A DNA stretch of 64,000 bases from Faecousia sp. (GCA_045537865.1 JAZSQH010000082.1:3360-67359); one strand, 5' to 3'; shown: positions 1 through 13,630, numbered from the stretch's first letter. Notes: generated by a model from the sequence alone, not told the origin. Translations and numbers: made by a program.

Positions 1-463
1 CCTCTCTCTGCCGCATCTGCGCTTTCATTTCGCCCTCGTCCAAGTGATCATAGCCCAGCAAGTGCAACATGGAGTGAATGGTTAAGTAACCGACCTCTCT
101 GCGTATACTATGCCCGAATTCATCCGCTTGTGCAATCGCTCTTTCCAGAGAGATCGCCATATCGCCCAGCGGGCATAAGCCGGTCTCCGGATCAATATAG
201 CCCGACCAATCCCGGGGCAATTTGCCCGCTTCAAACGGAAACATAGGAAAGCTTAAAACATCAGTTGCTTTGTCAATTTGCCGTGTATTTTTGTTGATTG
301 CTCTGATGTTTACATCATCAGTGACAAGAACGTTGATCTCGCAGGGGGCTGTTACACCCTCCATAGAAAGTGTTTGGCGAATGCATTTCTTAATTATGCC
401 GCTGATCATATACTGGTAAAGCGTAAATTCAGAAAAAGCCAGATTTATTTTTATATTACTCAT
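1..463 (-). CDS. ybeY: endoribonuclease YbeY (3' end runs off the window)
   Basis: Absent from the ORF track because it has no stop in the window. My minus-strand translation from the ATG at 463 gives MSNIKINLAF...TIHSMLHLLGYDHLDEGEMKAQMRQRE, which contains the YbeY HxxxHxxGxxH zinc motif. It overlaps the phoH stop by 8 nt, the usual phoH-ybeY order. Confidence 0.85.
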   Translation of the reverse strand, partial: MSNIKINLAFSEFTLYQYMISGIIKKCIRQTLSMEGVTAPCEINVLVTDDVNIRAINKNTRQIDKATDVLSFPMFPFEAGKLPRDWSGYIDPETGLCPLGDMAISLERAIAQADEFGHSIRREVGYLTIHSMLHLLGYDHLDEGEMKAQMRQRE

Positions 464-1478
464 TCGTCTGATTCCTCTTATATTTTCTTTTCTGCTCAGT
501 TTGTGTCTTGGAAACTGCTTTCTTTTCGGCACGCTCGTATGCGTTAATAATCTCCTGCACCAACGCATGCCGCACCACGTCGGCAGAGGTCAAACGGCAG
601 ATCGCAATATCCTTAACGCCCTCCAGGACACGCAGTGCATCCTTCAGACCGGATACCTTATCTGTTGGCAGGTCGATTTGCGTAACGTCGCCGGTAATCA
701 CCACTTTAGAACCAAAGCCCAAACGAGTTAAGAACATTTTCATCTGTTCTTTTGTTGTGTTTTGTGCTTCGTCCAGGATGATAAAGCTGTCGTCCAGCGT
801 TCTGCCGCGCATGTACGCCAAGGGCGCAACTTCGATCGTGCCACGTTCCTGATACTTCAAAAACGTTTCGGCGCCCAGCATGTCATACAACGCGTCATAG
901 AGCGGACGCAGATAAGGATCGACTTTATTCTGCAGATCGCCAGGTAAATAGCCCAACCGCTCTCCTGCTTCTACAGCAGGACGGGTCAAGATAATGCGGT
1001 TTACGCTTCGCTCACGAAAGGCTGCAACTGCGGCAGCAACAGCAAGGTAGGTCTTGCCAGTACCGGCAGGACCAACACCAAGCGTGACTGTATTCCTTTC
1101 TATTGCACGCATGTAATTCTGCTGACCGACGGTTTTAGCCTTGATTGGCTTGCCTTTTGCAGTAATGCAGACAACGTCCTTTGCCATTTGCGCAACCTGC
1201 GCATCATTGCCTTCTTTTACCAGTGTGATCAGGTAGCGTACTCTTTGCTCGTCGATAATTTCTCCTTTGGAAGCGAGGGACAGCAATCCCTCTAAAGTTC
1301 TGTAGGCTTTGTCGGCAGCTTCGCTCTCGCCGGAGATTTTCAACTCTGTGCCTCTGTTTACAATCGTGACATTCAATGCTTCTTCGATTCGCTTGATATT
1401 TTCATCAAAAGAACCAAATACAGAAATAAGGTCCTCTACCCTATCAACATTCACAATTCTTTCTGTATCCTTATTCAT
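456..1478 (-). CDS. phoH: PhoH-family ATPase
   Basis: 340 aa with Walker A GPAGTGKTYLAVA and the DEAQN box typical of PhoH/YlaK-like proteins. It sits in the yqfC-yqfD-phoH-ybeY synteny. Confidence 0.9.
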   Translation of the reverse strand: MNKDTERIVNVDRVEDLISVFGSFDENIKRIEEALNVTIVNRGTELKISGESEAADKAYRTLEGLLSLASKGEIIDEQRVRYLITLVKEGNDAQVAQMAKDVVCITAKGKPIKAKTVGQQNYMRAIERNTVTLGVGPAGTGKTYLAVAAAVAAFRERSVNRIILTRPAVEAGERLGYLPGDLQNKVDPYLRPLYDALYDMLGAETFLKYQERGTIEVAPLAYMRGRTLDDSFIILDEAQNTTKEQMKMFLTRLGFGSKVVITGDVTQIDLPTDKVSGLKDALRVLEGVKDIAICRLTSADVVRHALVQEIINAYERAEKKAVSKTQTEQKRKYKRNQTNE

Positions 1479-2655
1479 GTTGCGTTATCATCTCCTCATA
1501 ACGTACAGTGCCGATCATTTCTACGCATGCGTATCTATAATTGACTATATATGCATCATCTTTTTTTGTCACGCTGCGGCCGCACGATAATATCTGACCG
1601 GAAATCATTTGATCCAGCAGGTAATTATCGGCTTGTGCATACAAACTATTCTCTACTGCCTCATCAAGGACAGCTTGAGTGGTGTTATAATATTTAACAG
1701 TAACCTGAATCAAATAGATCGGCAGTGTAAAGCCACCGGGCAATGATAAAGGTATCTTTTCATACATTTTAACACAACTGGTATCAAAAATTCCACTATC
1801 TTTCTGCAAATTTATTAATTTTTTTCCGATGCAAAGCATATAATGCGTCTTAATTTGCGTAATCGATTCTCTTTTGTTGCAAATCACCGGCGAAATCGTC
1901 TGAATAGCATGTGTTGTTTTTGCAAAAATCTCGGCATCTGCACGCTCTGCACGAACTGAAATTCCGCAATCGGTGTACCCGGAAACCAAAACCTGTCCTT
2001 TTTTTACAGCCTGTCCGGTTTTGCACATGGCATTTCCTCGCAAAACCGTAATCTCACTAATAACACCATCTCTTGCTGCTACTATACTTGATACTACATT
2101 GGGCATTTCACTAGCTGATGGGATTTCCCTCTCTCGCACAGAAACGACTGCAACACATCCGGTTGTGTTGACGCCAACCCACTTTAGTTCCGGAATTGCT
2201 GATAAAAGCGCGTTTTTAACATGCTCACTGCGCACATTTCGACGGGATGCGCCGAAGCCAATACCGCAAGCCGCAGCGTTGTCAATGATCTGCCTTGTTG
2301 AAACGCTTTGGTTTCCCTCTACATGCACAAACAAGACTCGTGTGGGCAAATACAGTGACAAAAACATCAGCAATATCATTCCCCCGACCAGCAACGGACG
2401 ATGTATCAAAGATTTTATACTCCACCAAATGCCCCTGCGGCTGAGGATTGAAATCTTTTCACCTCGCTTTGCAGCGATGCGTTGCAATTCATTAATGTCA
2501 CCGGAAGCGATATCTGCTTGAATCGTAAGCATATCAGGATACTGAATATTGTGCAGAACAATACCCTTACCGATAATTTGCTCCAGCAATGTATTAGGGT
2601 CTGCGCTGGTTATTTTTAATCGGTATGTACCGAAAAGCAGATTCAAATATCCCAT
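1471..2655 (-). CDS. yqfD: sporulation protein YqfD
   Basis: 394 aa with one central TM segment. Its size and its position between yqfC and phoH match the Firmicute yqfCD-phoH cluster. Confidence 0.75.
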   Translation of the reverse strand: MGYLNLLFGTYRLKITSADPNTLLEQIIGKGIVLHNIQYPDMLTIQADIASGDINELQRIAAKRGEKISILSRRGIWWSIKSLIHRPLLVGGMILLMFLSLYLPTRVLFVHVEGNQSVSTRQIIDNAAACGIGFGASRRNVRSEHVKNALLSAIPELKWVGVNTTGCVAVVSVREREIPSASEMPNVVSSIVAARDGVISEITVLRGNAMCKTGQAVKKGQVLVSGYTDCGISVRAERADAEIFAKTTHAIQTISPVICNKRESITQIKTHYMLCIGKKLINLQKDSGIFDTSCVKMYEKIPLSLPGGFTLPIYLIQVTVKYYNTTQAVLDEAVENSLYAQADNYLLDQMISGQILSCGRSVTKKDDAYIVNYRYACVEMIGTVRYEEMITQHE

Positions 2656-2659
2656 AACA

Positions 2660-2938
2660 TCATCTCCTTTTCAGGGACACAGCATCAATGTGTCCGGTGA
2701 TAATCAGCTGATGATGGGACATTTGCGCCAATTCGAGCCTTGATCCACATACGCATATACAGCCATAACGGACGTTTACACAAATAGTATTTTCGTCATA
2801 GGCTGTAACGCCTTTGTGGTTTTCGATCAAAACCCGGCTGTCATTGCATATTTCAATGACCGGTACTCCCGGCATATACTCACCGGGCAAATCAGTCGCC
2901 AGCGAAATGCGATCGATAATCTTTCCTTTTCTGTTCAT
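2660..2938 (-). CDS. yqfC: sporulation protein YqfC
   Basis: 92 aa immediately upstream of yqfD. The pattern ...VIENHKGV..Y.....I.......I.G..L.......E..I.G.I resembles the YqfC family. Confidence 0.7.
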   Translation of the reverse strand: MNRKGKIIDRISLATDLPGEYMPGVPVIEICNDSRVLIENHKGVTAYDENTICVNVRYGCICVCGSRLELAQMSHHQLIITGHIDAVSLKRR

Positions 2939-3019
2939 ACCATCACTCCTTTTAGGTAGTCTATGTGATTTCAGGGATAATTTTTCCTTTTGGACATAGA
3001 TTCTTGTGAGGTGATCCGG

Positions 3020-4030
3020 ATGAACAACAAAAGCAAGATTATGTCTTGTATATTGTCTGCTATTGCAATTTTAGTAATAATACTGGATGCTAAAACAGCT
3101 TTTGACGGCGCATTTGCTGGGATCACTTTGTGCATGCAGACAGTTGTCCCCTCTTTGCTGCCATTATTTGTATTAAGTAGTTATCTGAGCGGAAATTTAT
3201 ACGGCAAAACGGAATTATTAAAACCGCTAGGTAAATTTTGCAGGATGCCCGCCGGAACAGAGCAAATATTGCTCATTGGTTTATTGGGTGGTTATCCGGT
3301 AGGCGCAAAATGCATATCAGAAGCGTATAGCGCCGGTTATATTCAAAAAACGGATGCGCGGAGAATGTTGGGATTTTGCAGTAACGCAGGGCCGGCATTT
3401 ATATTTGGTATGGCAGGATTCTTGTTTGCAGATGTAAAGATTTGTTTTCTGCTTTGGCTGATCCACATAGCGTCCGTAATCATTACCGGCTGCTTACTGC
3501 CGGGAACCCCGGTCCGCACTGGGAGAATGCTTCCAAGTAAAGGAATGACACTTTCAAAATCGCTGGAAAAATGTATTCGTTCCATGGCGCTGGTCTGCGG
3601 TTGGATCGTTCTGTTTCGTGTGTTGATTTCTTTTTTGCAACGATGGATAATATGGCTGTTTCCGACTGAAATTCAAGTTGTCATCATGGGCGCTCTGGAG
3701 CTTTCTAACGGTGTTTTACAGCTAGATACGATTACATCCACCGGGCTTCGTTTTCTACTACTAGCCGCTCTCCTGGGATTTGGTGGTATCTGTGTTACAA
3801 TGCAAACAGCTTCAGTAACCGGCGAATTGGGTACGGGATACTATTTCCCGGGAAAAGTAATCCAATGCTGTATTAGTTTTCTGTTGGCGAGCCTGATTCA
3901 ATTTATACTGTTTCCGCCAGATCTGTGCTGGTTTTCTCTGCCTGTATTGATATGCGTGGCGGTTGTTGTGGTACTTACCAGATCGCTTTTGGCAAGAAAT
4001 CAGAAAAAAGTTGTAGCATTTTGCATTTGA
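3020..4030 (+). CDS. ylbJ: sporulation integral membrane protein YlbJ-like (nucleoside-recognition/Gate domain)
   Basis: Polytopic membrane protein with VPSLLPLFVLSSYL and LLGGYPVGAK motifs typical of YlbJ. I moved the start to ATG 3020, behind GAGGTGA. Confidence 0.6.
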   Translation: MNNKSKIMSCILSAIAILVIILDAKTAFDGAFAGITLCMQTVVPSLLPLFVLSSYLSGNLYGKTELLKPLGKFCRMPAGTEQILLIGLLGGYPVGAKCISEAYSAGYIQKTDARRMLGFCSNAGPAFIFGMAGFLFADVKICFLLWLIHIASVIITGCLLPGTPVRTGRMLPSKGMTLSKSLEKCIRSMALVCGWIVLFRVLISFLQRWIIWLFPTEIQVVIMGALELSNGVLQLDTITSTGLRFLLLAALLGFGGICVTMQTASVTGELGTGYYFPGKVIQCCISFLLASLIQFILFPPDLCWFSLPVLICVAVVVVLTRSLLARNQKKVVAFCI

Positions 4031-4076
4031 ATGCTATATAATGGTGTCAAAATACTGACAGTCATGGGGGTTTACC

Positions 4077-4286
4077 ATGCTTTTTAGAAAAAAGATGCCT
4101 CGTTCCTGCAATTATTGCGCAAAGGGAACTGTGCTGGAGAACGGAACAGTTCTTTGTGTGAAACGAGGAATTGTTTCCGCAGAAAAGCCGTGTGCCGGCT
4201 TCCGATATGACCCTTGCCGCAGAATTCCGCCAAAGCAAAAGTCTGCTGATTTCCGTAATTTTAAGGACGAGGACTTCTCTCTGTAA
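4077..4286 (+). CDS. hypothetical small Cys-rich protein
   Basis: 69-aa ORF with CxxC...C...C...C spacing, followed directly by a strong hairpin terminator. I recognise no family. Confidence 0.4.
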   Translation: MLFRKKMPRSCNYCAKGTVLENGTVLCVKRGIVSAEKPCAGFRYDPCRRIPPKQKSADFRNFKDEDFSL

Positions 4287-4291
4287 ATGAA

Positions 4292-6922
<2,631 letters not shown>

Positions 6923-6964
6923 AAGATCCCCCCTAGGGAATCGTATGCATATAAGCGCATATCA

Positions 6965-9352
6965 TTACAAACGCTTCATATATGCCGATGCAGAATTTGC
7001 CATCAGCTTCTTTGTGCCAATTTCGTCAAACGCGATTTCCAAAAGCGCATCGGCGCCCATTTTGATGACAGACAATACAAGACCACGACCAAAGGCTTTG
7101 TGGTGTACCATATCGCCCTTGGAAAGATCCAGTTTCGGCGCTTTTGTCTGCGCAGCAGTCTGTTGTAGATAGGAACGAGACGGTGCAGGTGCGGTGTATG
7201 TCTGCGGCATAGCGTAGTTATATCTGTTAGGCGCAGGCTGTGCGTATGCGCCCTTTGTTACGGTGAGATCGACCGGTATCTCTTTCAGAAAACGGGACGG
7301 CAGAGAGGCACTGGTCTTGCCGTAGAGCATACGCTGCTTTGCGTAGGATATGGTCAGATTTCGCATTGCTCTTGTAATGGCTACATAGCAAAGCCGACGC
7401 TCCTCCTCCATTTCCTCGTAATCACCGATTGCACGCATGCCAGGGAATAAACCATCCTCAAAGCCCACAAGGTATACATTTGGAAATTCCAGTCCCTTTG
7501 CAGTATGCATGGTCATCATAACAACGGCATCGTCGCTGTCGTTGTAGGTTTCCAGATCGGTGTAAAGTGCAATTTCCTCCAAAAAGCCTGCCAAAGTAGG
7601 CATATCAGCATTTTGCTCATAAGCAAGGATGCTGGATTTCAATTCTTGAATATTCTCAAGTCGAGTTTTGTTTTCCTCGGTAGGCTTGCTCTCCAGCATG
7701 GAAATATAACCGGTTCGATTCATGACTTCCTCGTAGAAATCGGACAAGGAGCTACTGTTTGCCAGCAATTGATCCAATTCCTCGATCATTTGGCTGAACT
7801 GCTTCAATTTTGCGGCAGATTTCTCAAGCGGTGCATAGAAATCGGTATTGGAAATGACGTGATATAATCCCTTTCCCTCTGCGGTGGCCAGACGATCCGC
7901 AACCTCGACAGTTTTATTACCGATACCTCTTGGTGGATTATTGATGATTCTGTGAAGCCGTAGATCATCTGTGCGATTATTTATCACACATAAATAAGAC
8001 AACATGTCCTTAATTTCGGCGCGGTCAAAGAAGCGCATACCGCCGATCACACGGTACGGAATGCCGTTTCGTTTCATGGCATATTCAATGGCGTTGGATT
8101 GTGCGTTAGTACGATATAAGATCGCATGATCCTTAAAATTTTTGCCCTTTGACTGCAACATGATCTGACCGGCAATGTAATTTGCCTCTGCACCCTCGTC
8201 AGAGGCCTGATACACCGTGATCTTATCGCCCTCGCCGTTGGCAGTCCACAAACGCTTGCCTTTTCTGCCCAGGTTGTGGGCGATCACGGCATTAGCGGCA
8301 TTCAGGATCGCTTGGGTAGAACGATAATTTTGTTCCAGTCGAATAACACGACTGCCACGGTACTGATTTTCAAAATCAAGGATATTTTCAATGGTTGCGC
8401 CACGGAAACGATAAATACTCTGGTCATCGTCACCCACAACGCAAATATTTTCATGACCGCCTGCCAGTAATGCTGTTAGCAGATATTGAGAATGGTTGGT
8501 GTCCTGATACTCATCTACAAGCACATACCGGAATTTGCGCTGATAGTATGTTCTAACATCCTCATTTTGCTGCAAAAGCTGAACAGTCTTATAAATAATA
8601 TCGTCAAAATCCAAAGCATCGTTTTCCTTGAGTTTGGCTTGATAACGGGCATAAGCATTGGCGATATGGGACAAACGGAAATCGCCGCTTGTGGCGATAT
8701 TTTGCCGCATTTGCTCCGGGCCGACCATCTTATCCTTTTCACGGCTGATAATATTCAGAACATACTTCGCAGGAAAGGTCTTATCGTCCAGACCCATTTC
8801 CTTGATAATATCCTTCATCAATCGTTCAGAATCAGACGAATCATATATGGTAAAACGATTGCTGTAACCCAGTCTGTCGATGTCACGACGGAGAATACGG
8901 CAGCAAGCAGAATGGAACGTAGCAGCCCAAACATCCTGTGCCTGATCGCCGAGGATGTTACACAAGCGATCTTTTAATTCATTAGCCGCTTTGTTGGTAA
9001 ATGTGATCGCAATAATACTCCAGGGCGCTGCAGGTTCGACTGCGCAAAGGGAATCTGCACGGAAAGTGTCATAATTGTTCATGGTATCCGGTAAATTCTC
9101 AAGAAAAAGGACGTCCTCCTCAGTCAAGGATTCCGGATATTCATTGGTATCAGAACCTCTGCCGAAACGAATCAGATTTGCGATACGGTTTATGAGCACG
9201 GTTGTCTTACCGCTGCCTGCACCGGCAAGCAGCAAAAGCGGACCTTCTGTTGCCATAACCGCCTTTCTTTGCTGCTGATTCAGTTTGGCGAATTGCGATT
9301 CGATGTATTTATTTCTGGCCGCATAAAATCGGCTGATCGTTTGTTCGGTCAT
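6965..9352 (-). CDS. pcrA: ATP-dependent DNA helicase PcrA (UvrD/Rep superfamily 1)
   Basis: 795 aa with Walker A AGAGSGKTTVL, VDEYQDTN and QNYRST motifs. It has the C-terminal Tudor-like tail HHKAFGRG. This is the classical pcrA-ligA neighbourhood. Confidence 0.9.
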   Translation of the reverse strand: MTEQTISRFYAARNKYIESQFAKLNQQQRKAVMATEGPLLLLAGAGSGKTTVLINRIANLIRFGRGSDTNEYPESLTEEDVLFLENLPDTMNNYDTFRADSLCAVEPAAPWSIIAITFTNKAANELKDRLCNILGDQAQDVWAATFHSACCRILRRDIDRLGYSNRFTIYDSSDSERLMKDIIKEMGLDDKTFPAKYVLNIISREKDKMVGPEQMRQNIATSGDFRLSHIANAYARYQAKLKENDALDFDDIIYKTVQLLQQNEDVRTYYQRKFRYVLVDEYQDTNHSQYLLTALLAGGHENICVVGDDDQSIYRFRGATIENILDFENQYRGSRVIRLEQNYRSTQAILNAANAVIAHNLGRKGKRLWTANGEGDKITVYQASDEGAEANYIAGQIMLQSKGKNFKDHAILYRTNAQSNAIEYAMKRNGIPYRVIGGMRFFDRAEIKDMLSYLCVINNRTDDLRLHRIINNPPRGIGNKTVEVADRLATAEGKGLYHVISNTDFYAPLEKSAAKLKQFSQMIEELDQLLANSSSLSDFYEEVMNRTGYISMLESKPTEENKTRLENIQELKSSILAYEQNADMPTLAGFLEEIALYTDLETYNDSDDAVVMMTMHTAKGLEFPNVYLVGFEDGLFPGMRAIGDYEEMEEERRLCYVAITRAMRNLTISYAKQRMLYGKTSASLPSRFLKEIPVDLTVTKGAYAQPAPNRYNYAMPQTYTAPAPSRSYLQQTAAQTKAPKLDLSKGDMVHHKAFGRGLVLSVIKMGADALLEIAFDEIGTKKLMANSASAYMKRL

Positions 9353-9420
9353 AAGCGCACCTATCTATCTGCATGATACTCTTATTTTACTCTAATTTCG
9401 ACAAAAGGTAAAGAAAAATA

Positions 9421-10125
9421 TTAACATAAATATGCTTTTAATTGCTGTAAAGCCTTTTTTTCGATTCGAGAAACCTGGACCTGACTGACACGCAAAACTT
9501 TTGATACTCTTTGCTGTGTCAGACCGTGAAAATATCGCAAATTGATAACTGTGGACTCCCTTTCCGGAAGTCGCTGAATTGCTTGGCGCAAGGCGATCTT
9601 TTCCAATATTTTATCCTCGGATTCCGTGTCTGTCAGAATATTTTCCAGTGAAAAACCATCCTCACCTGCTGGTTGCTGCATAGATTCCACGGATGCAGTG
9701 GCAGTTTCAGCAATCGCGATCTCCTCCGGTGTAAAGCCAGTCTGCTCTGCAATCTCCCCTACTGTCGGCTCTCTGCATAGCGATGCAAGTAAATCGTTGC
9801 GTGCGCTTTTTATAACGGCTGCTTTTTCCTTGATTCCTCTGGAAACCTTAACTGCACCGTCATCTCGCAAAAAACGTCGGATCTCACCGGAAATTTTGGG
9901 GACGGCATAGGTGGAAAATTGCGTGCCGTATTGCAGATCAAATCCGCTGACTGCTTTCAAAAAACCCAGACAACCAAGCTGATATAAATCATCTGCCTCT
10001 GTGCCTCTGCCCAAAAATCGCCGCACGATCGACCATATCAGTCCTGCGTTTTCGTTAACTAATTGCTCACTGGCAGAGGTATCGCCTTGCTGTGCTCTTT
10101 TAATCAAATCTTCCGTTCTGCTCAT
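9421..10125 (-). CDS. sigF: sporulation sigma factor SigF
   Basis: 234-aa sigma-70 family protein with regions 2 to 4. It is the third gene after spoIIAA-spoIIAB. Confidence 0.85.
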   Translation of the reverse strand: MSRTEDLIKRAQQGDTSASEQLVNENAGLIWSIVRRFLGRGTEADDLYQLGCLGFLKAVSGFDLQYGTQFSTYAVPKISGEIRRFLRDDGAVKVSRGIKEKAAVIKSARNDLLASLCREPTVGEIAEQTGFTPEEIAIAETATASVESMQQPAGEDGFSLENILTDTESEDKILEKIALRQAIQRLPERESTVINLRYFHGLTQQRVSKVLRVSQVQVSRIEKKALQQLKAYLC

Positions 10126-10553
10126 TTGCGCCGCTGCAGCTTTCTGCGCATATGTACGCTTGTCCCTTTCCCTGGTTTCGAACTAACTTTAAACGATGTC
10201 ATGAAGCTTTCCATAATGGTAAAGCCCATGCCGCTGCGGTCAGAACCCCCGGTTGTAAACATGGGTCTGCGAGCCTGCTCCAGATCCTGAATACCGACAC
10301 CTTTATCCTTGATAACAATATCCAAAGTGCTGTCTTTCAAAATTCTGCATCGAACGGTAATCATACCAATATCATTTGGGTAAGCGTGTACAATACAGTT
10401 TGTAACCGCTTCAGATACGGCTGTACGAATATCTCCCAGTTCCTCTAAAGTAGGGTCAAGCTGCGCTGCGAAACAAGCTACAGCGCTGCGGGCAAAACCT
10501 TCGTTTGTCGACTTGCTGGGAAACTCCAATGTCATATAGTTTTCAAATTTCAT
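10122..10553 (-). CDS. spoIIAB: anti-sigma F factor (serine kinase) SpoIIAB
   Basis: 143-aa HATPase_c-type protein with N-box EAVTNCIVHAY and G-box DKGVGI...GMGF. It overlaps both neighbours by 4 nt. Confidence 0.9.
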   Translation of the reverse strand: MKFENYMTLEFPSKSTNEGFARSAVACFAAQLDPTLEELGDIRTAVSEAVTNCIVHAYPNDIGMITVRCRILKDSTLDIVIKDKGVGIQDLEQARRPMFTTGGSDRSGMGFTIMESFMTSFKVSSKPGKGTSVHMRRKLQRRK

Positions 10554-10867
10554 GATACTGCCTCCTTGATTTCTACTAATTTATCAATGCCGGAAGTGCG
10601 AAATACCTTCATAGGCTGTGCGTTCAGTCCGGTTAGTTCCAGTCTGCCCTGGATTCTAGTCATATTTCTTAATGCGTTTATCACCACAGCGATTCCGGAG
10701 GAATCCATAAATGTAACCTCCTGAAAGTCCAGGGTGCATATTCTGGGCGCATAAGCCTCTATTTTTGCGGTAATGGAATTAATATAACTTTTTGCGCAAT
10801 GGTGATCGATTTCGCCGGTTAGTACCACCGTTAAATGTCCGTCTTGTAAATAGCTTGTAAATCGCAA
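10550..10867 (-). CDS. spoIIAA: anti-sigma F factor antagonist SpoIIAA (STAS domain)
   Basis: 105-aa STAS protein containing the phosphorylatable-serine context FMDSSGI. TTG start 7 nt after GGAGG. Confidence 0.85.
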   Translation of the reverse strand: MRFTSYLQDGHLTVVLTGEIDHHCAKSYINSITAKIEAYAPRICTLDFQEVTFMDSSGIAVVINALRNMTRIQGRLELTGLNAQPMKVFRTSGIDKLVEIKEAVS

Positions 10868-10943
10868 AATTATGCCTCCTCTCGTTAGTACAAAAACAGT
10901 ATAAATAGGCTGTTATACAATTTACCATCGAAAACAGGCACAT

Positions 10944-10980
10944 AAAAAATAAAGGCATGCAAACCAACGGCTTGCATGCC
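10944..10980 (-). terminator. intrinsic terminator after valS
   Basis: 9-bp stem GGCATGCAA/TTGCATGCC (10954-10962 / 10972-10980). On the minus strand it is followed by TTTATTTTTT. Confidence 0.6.
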
Positions 10981-10991
10981 AATATATTAAA

Positions 10992-13630
10992 TTAAAGTTT
11001 CTTAAGTGCAGCTTCGCTTTCTTCCAACTGGGTGATCAGATCACGAGCCTTTGCGGCCTTTTCACGCTCGGCATTTACAACATTTTCCGGTGCACGAGCG
11101 GTAAAGTTCTCGTTAGAAAGCTTGGCCTCCAAACCAGCAAGATTCTTTCTTGCCTTTTCCAGTTCCTTGCCGATACGCTCCAATTCCTTACTTACATCCA
11201 CCAGCTGACCCATAGGGATATACAGCTTGGCATCCGCAGTGGTAATGTCACCATGCCGTCCAGATTTTCCGGTTCTTTTTCAAGCAGAGAAACGGTATCG
11301 GCATAAGCCAAGCGCTGCAGGAAGCCCTCGCCCTCTGTGAAAATCTGGGGCTTGGAGGTCAGAACGAACAGTGCAGCCTTCTTACTGGGCGGTACGTTCA
11401 TTTCCAGTCGGCGGTTACGGATCGCACGAATAGCATCCATAACAGATTCCATCTGATCGCACTCAGCTTTAAATGCCAGATCCTTACGATACTCCGGCCA
11501 CTGCGCAATAATCAGCGCATCGCCATCATGTGGGATGGACTGCCAGATCTCCTCGGTGATAAACGGCATAAAGGGATGCAGCAGGCGCAGGATCTGATCC
11601 AGAACATATACGAGAACCTGAATTGCGGTCTGCTTACGGTCTGCATCCTCGGCATACAGACGAGCCTTTGTCAGCTCAATATACCAGTCACAGTAGGTGT
11701 CCCATATATAGTCATATACCTTCTGAACAGCAACACCCAGCTCGAATTTTTCCAAATTCTCGGTGACTTCTGCAATTAGGGTGTTCAATTTGGACAGAAC
11801 CCATTTGTCGGCAATCTCCAGTTTGGAAATCTCGGGCAATTCGTTCTTTGCGTCATCGCTAAGGTTCATCATCACATAACGGGATGCGTTCCAAAGCTTG
11901 TTTGCAAAGTTACGCATAGCCTCACAACGCTCTACATAGAAACGCATGTCATTACCGGGAGAATTGCCGGTGACCATGTTCATACGCAGTGCATCGCAGC
12001 CATATTTTTCGATCATCTCCAGGGGATCGATGCCATTGCCTAGGGACTTGGACATCTTTCTGCCCTTATCGTCACGCACCAGACCGTGGATCAGGACTGT
12101 GTGGAACGGTGTCTTACCGGTATGCTCGCATCCGGAGAAAATCATTCTGGCAACCCAGAAGAAAATGATATCATAGCCGGTAACCAGCACATCTGTGGGA
12201 TAGAAATAGTCAAGATCCGGCGTATTTTCAGGCCAACCAAGGGTCTCGAAGGGCCACAGTGCTGAGGAGAACCAGGTATCCAATACATCGGGATCTCTTT
12301 CGATCTTTGTGCTTCCGCATTTCTCACACTTGCATGCATCCTCACGGGAGACGGTAATATGACCGCACTCCTCGCAAGTCCACGCAGGAATCTGATGACC
12401 CCACCACAGCTGACGGGAAATACACCAGTCACGGACGTTCTCCATCCAGTTCAGATAAGTCTTGCTGAAACGGTCGGGAACGAACTTGGTCTCCCCTTCT
12501 TTAACAACACGGATCGCTTCCTCTGCCAAGGGCTGCATCTTAACAAACCACTGAGCAGAGATGATCGGCTCAACATCGTTGTGGCAGCGATAGCAAGTAC
12601 CCACATTGTGAGCATGGTCATCCACCTTGACCAGGAAGCCTTGTGCTTCAAGATCAGCAACGATCTGTTTTCTTGCCTCGTAACGGTCAAGTCCCTCATA
12701 TCTGCCGCCGTAGCTGTTAACCACGCCGTTGTCGTCCAGTACACGGATAACCTCAAGATTATGGCGCAAGCCAACCTCAAAGTCGTTGGGATCGTGTGCA
12801 GGGGTCATCTTAACGCAACCGGTACCAAAGTCCATTTCTGCATAATCGTCGGCAACAATGGGGATTTCCTTGTTAACCAGCGGCAACATGACCTTTTTGC
12901 CAACGATGGAAGTATAACGCTCGTCGTTGGGGTTGACACAAACGCCGGTGTCGCCCAGCATGGTTTCCGGACGGGTGGTTGCCACAACCACATCACCGCT
13001 GCCATCAGCCAAGGGATAGCGAATATGCCACAGATGACCGGGCTTATCCACATACTCAACTTCTGCATCAGACAGTGCTGTCACACAGTTGGGACACCAG
13101 TTGATAATACGGCTGCCCTTGTAGATCAAGCCCTTTTCGTACAGAGATACAAAGACCTCACGAACTGCATTGGAACAACCCTCATCCATGGTAAATCTAG
13201 CTCTGTCCCAATCGCAGGACGCACCCAGCTTTTTCTGCTGCTGAACGATGCGATTGCCATATTTATTTTTCCAGTCCCAGACGCGCTCCAGGAACTTCTC
13301 TCGGCCAAGATCATAGCGGGTCAGACCTTCCTTGCGAAGCTCTTCCTCTACCTTGATCTGGGTAGCAATGCCGGCATGGTCAACACCGGGTACCCAAAGG
13401 GCATTATAACCCTGCATACGCTTAAAACGAATCAGCGTATCCTGCAGTGTTGCGTCCATTGCGTGACCCATATGCAACTGACCGGTGACGTTGGGGGGCG
13501 GCATAACGATGGTGTAAGGCTTTGCGCCTTCCTTCATCGCAGGGCGGAAATAGCCGCTGGATTCCCACATATCGTAGATTTTATTTTCTACTTGCTGCGG
13601 TTCATAGACCTTGGGCAGTTCTCTTGCCAT
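10992..13630 (-). pseudogene. valS: valine--tRNA ligase, reading frame broken by an apparent 1-nt deletion near 11245-11255
   Basis: The N-terminal ORF (HIGH-type HMGH, KMSKS) ends at 11192 after a nonsense tail. The 73-aa ORF 10992-11213 is the ValS C-terminal coiled coil. Its frame read upstream gives [19 protein letters not shown], contiguous with ...EPENLDGMV in the other frame. Start set at MARELPKVY (ATG 13630). Confidence 0.85.

Noticed and set aside
11195-11279. Programmed ribosomal frameshifting in valS
   Set aside because: No slippery heptamer or downstream stimulatory structure is evident. A second unrelated gene in the window has the same kind of 1-nt defect, which favours an indel error.
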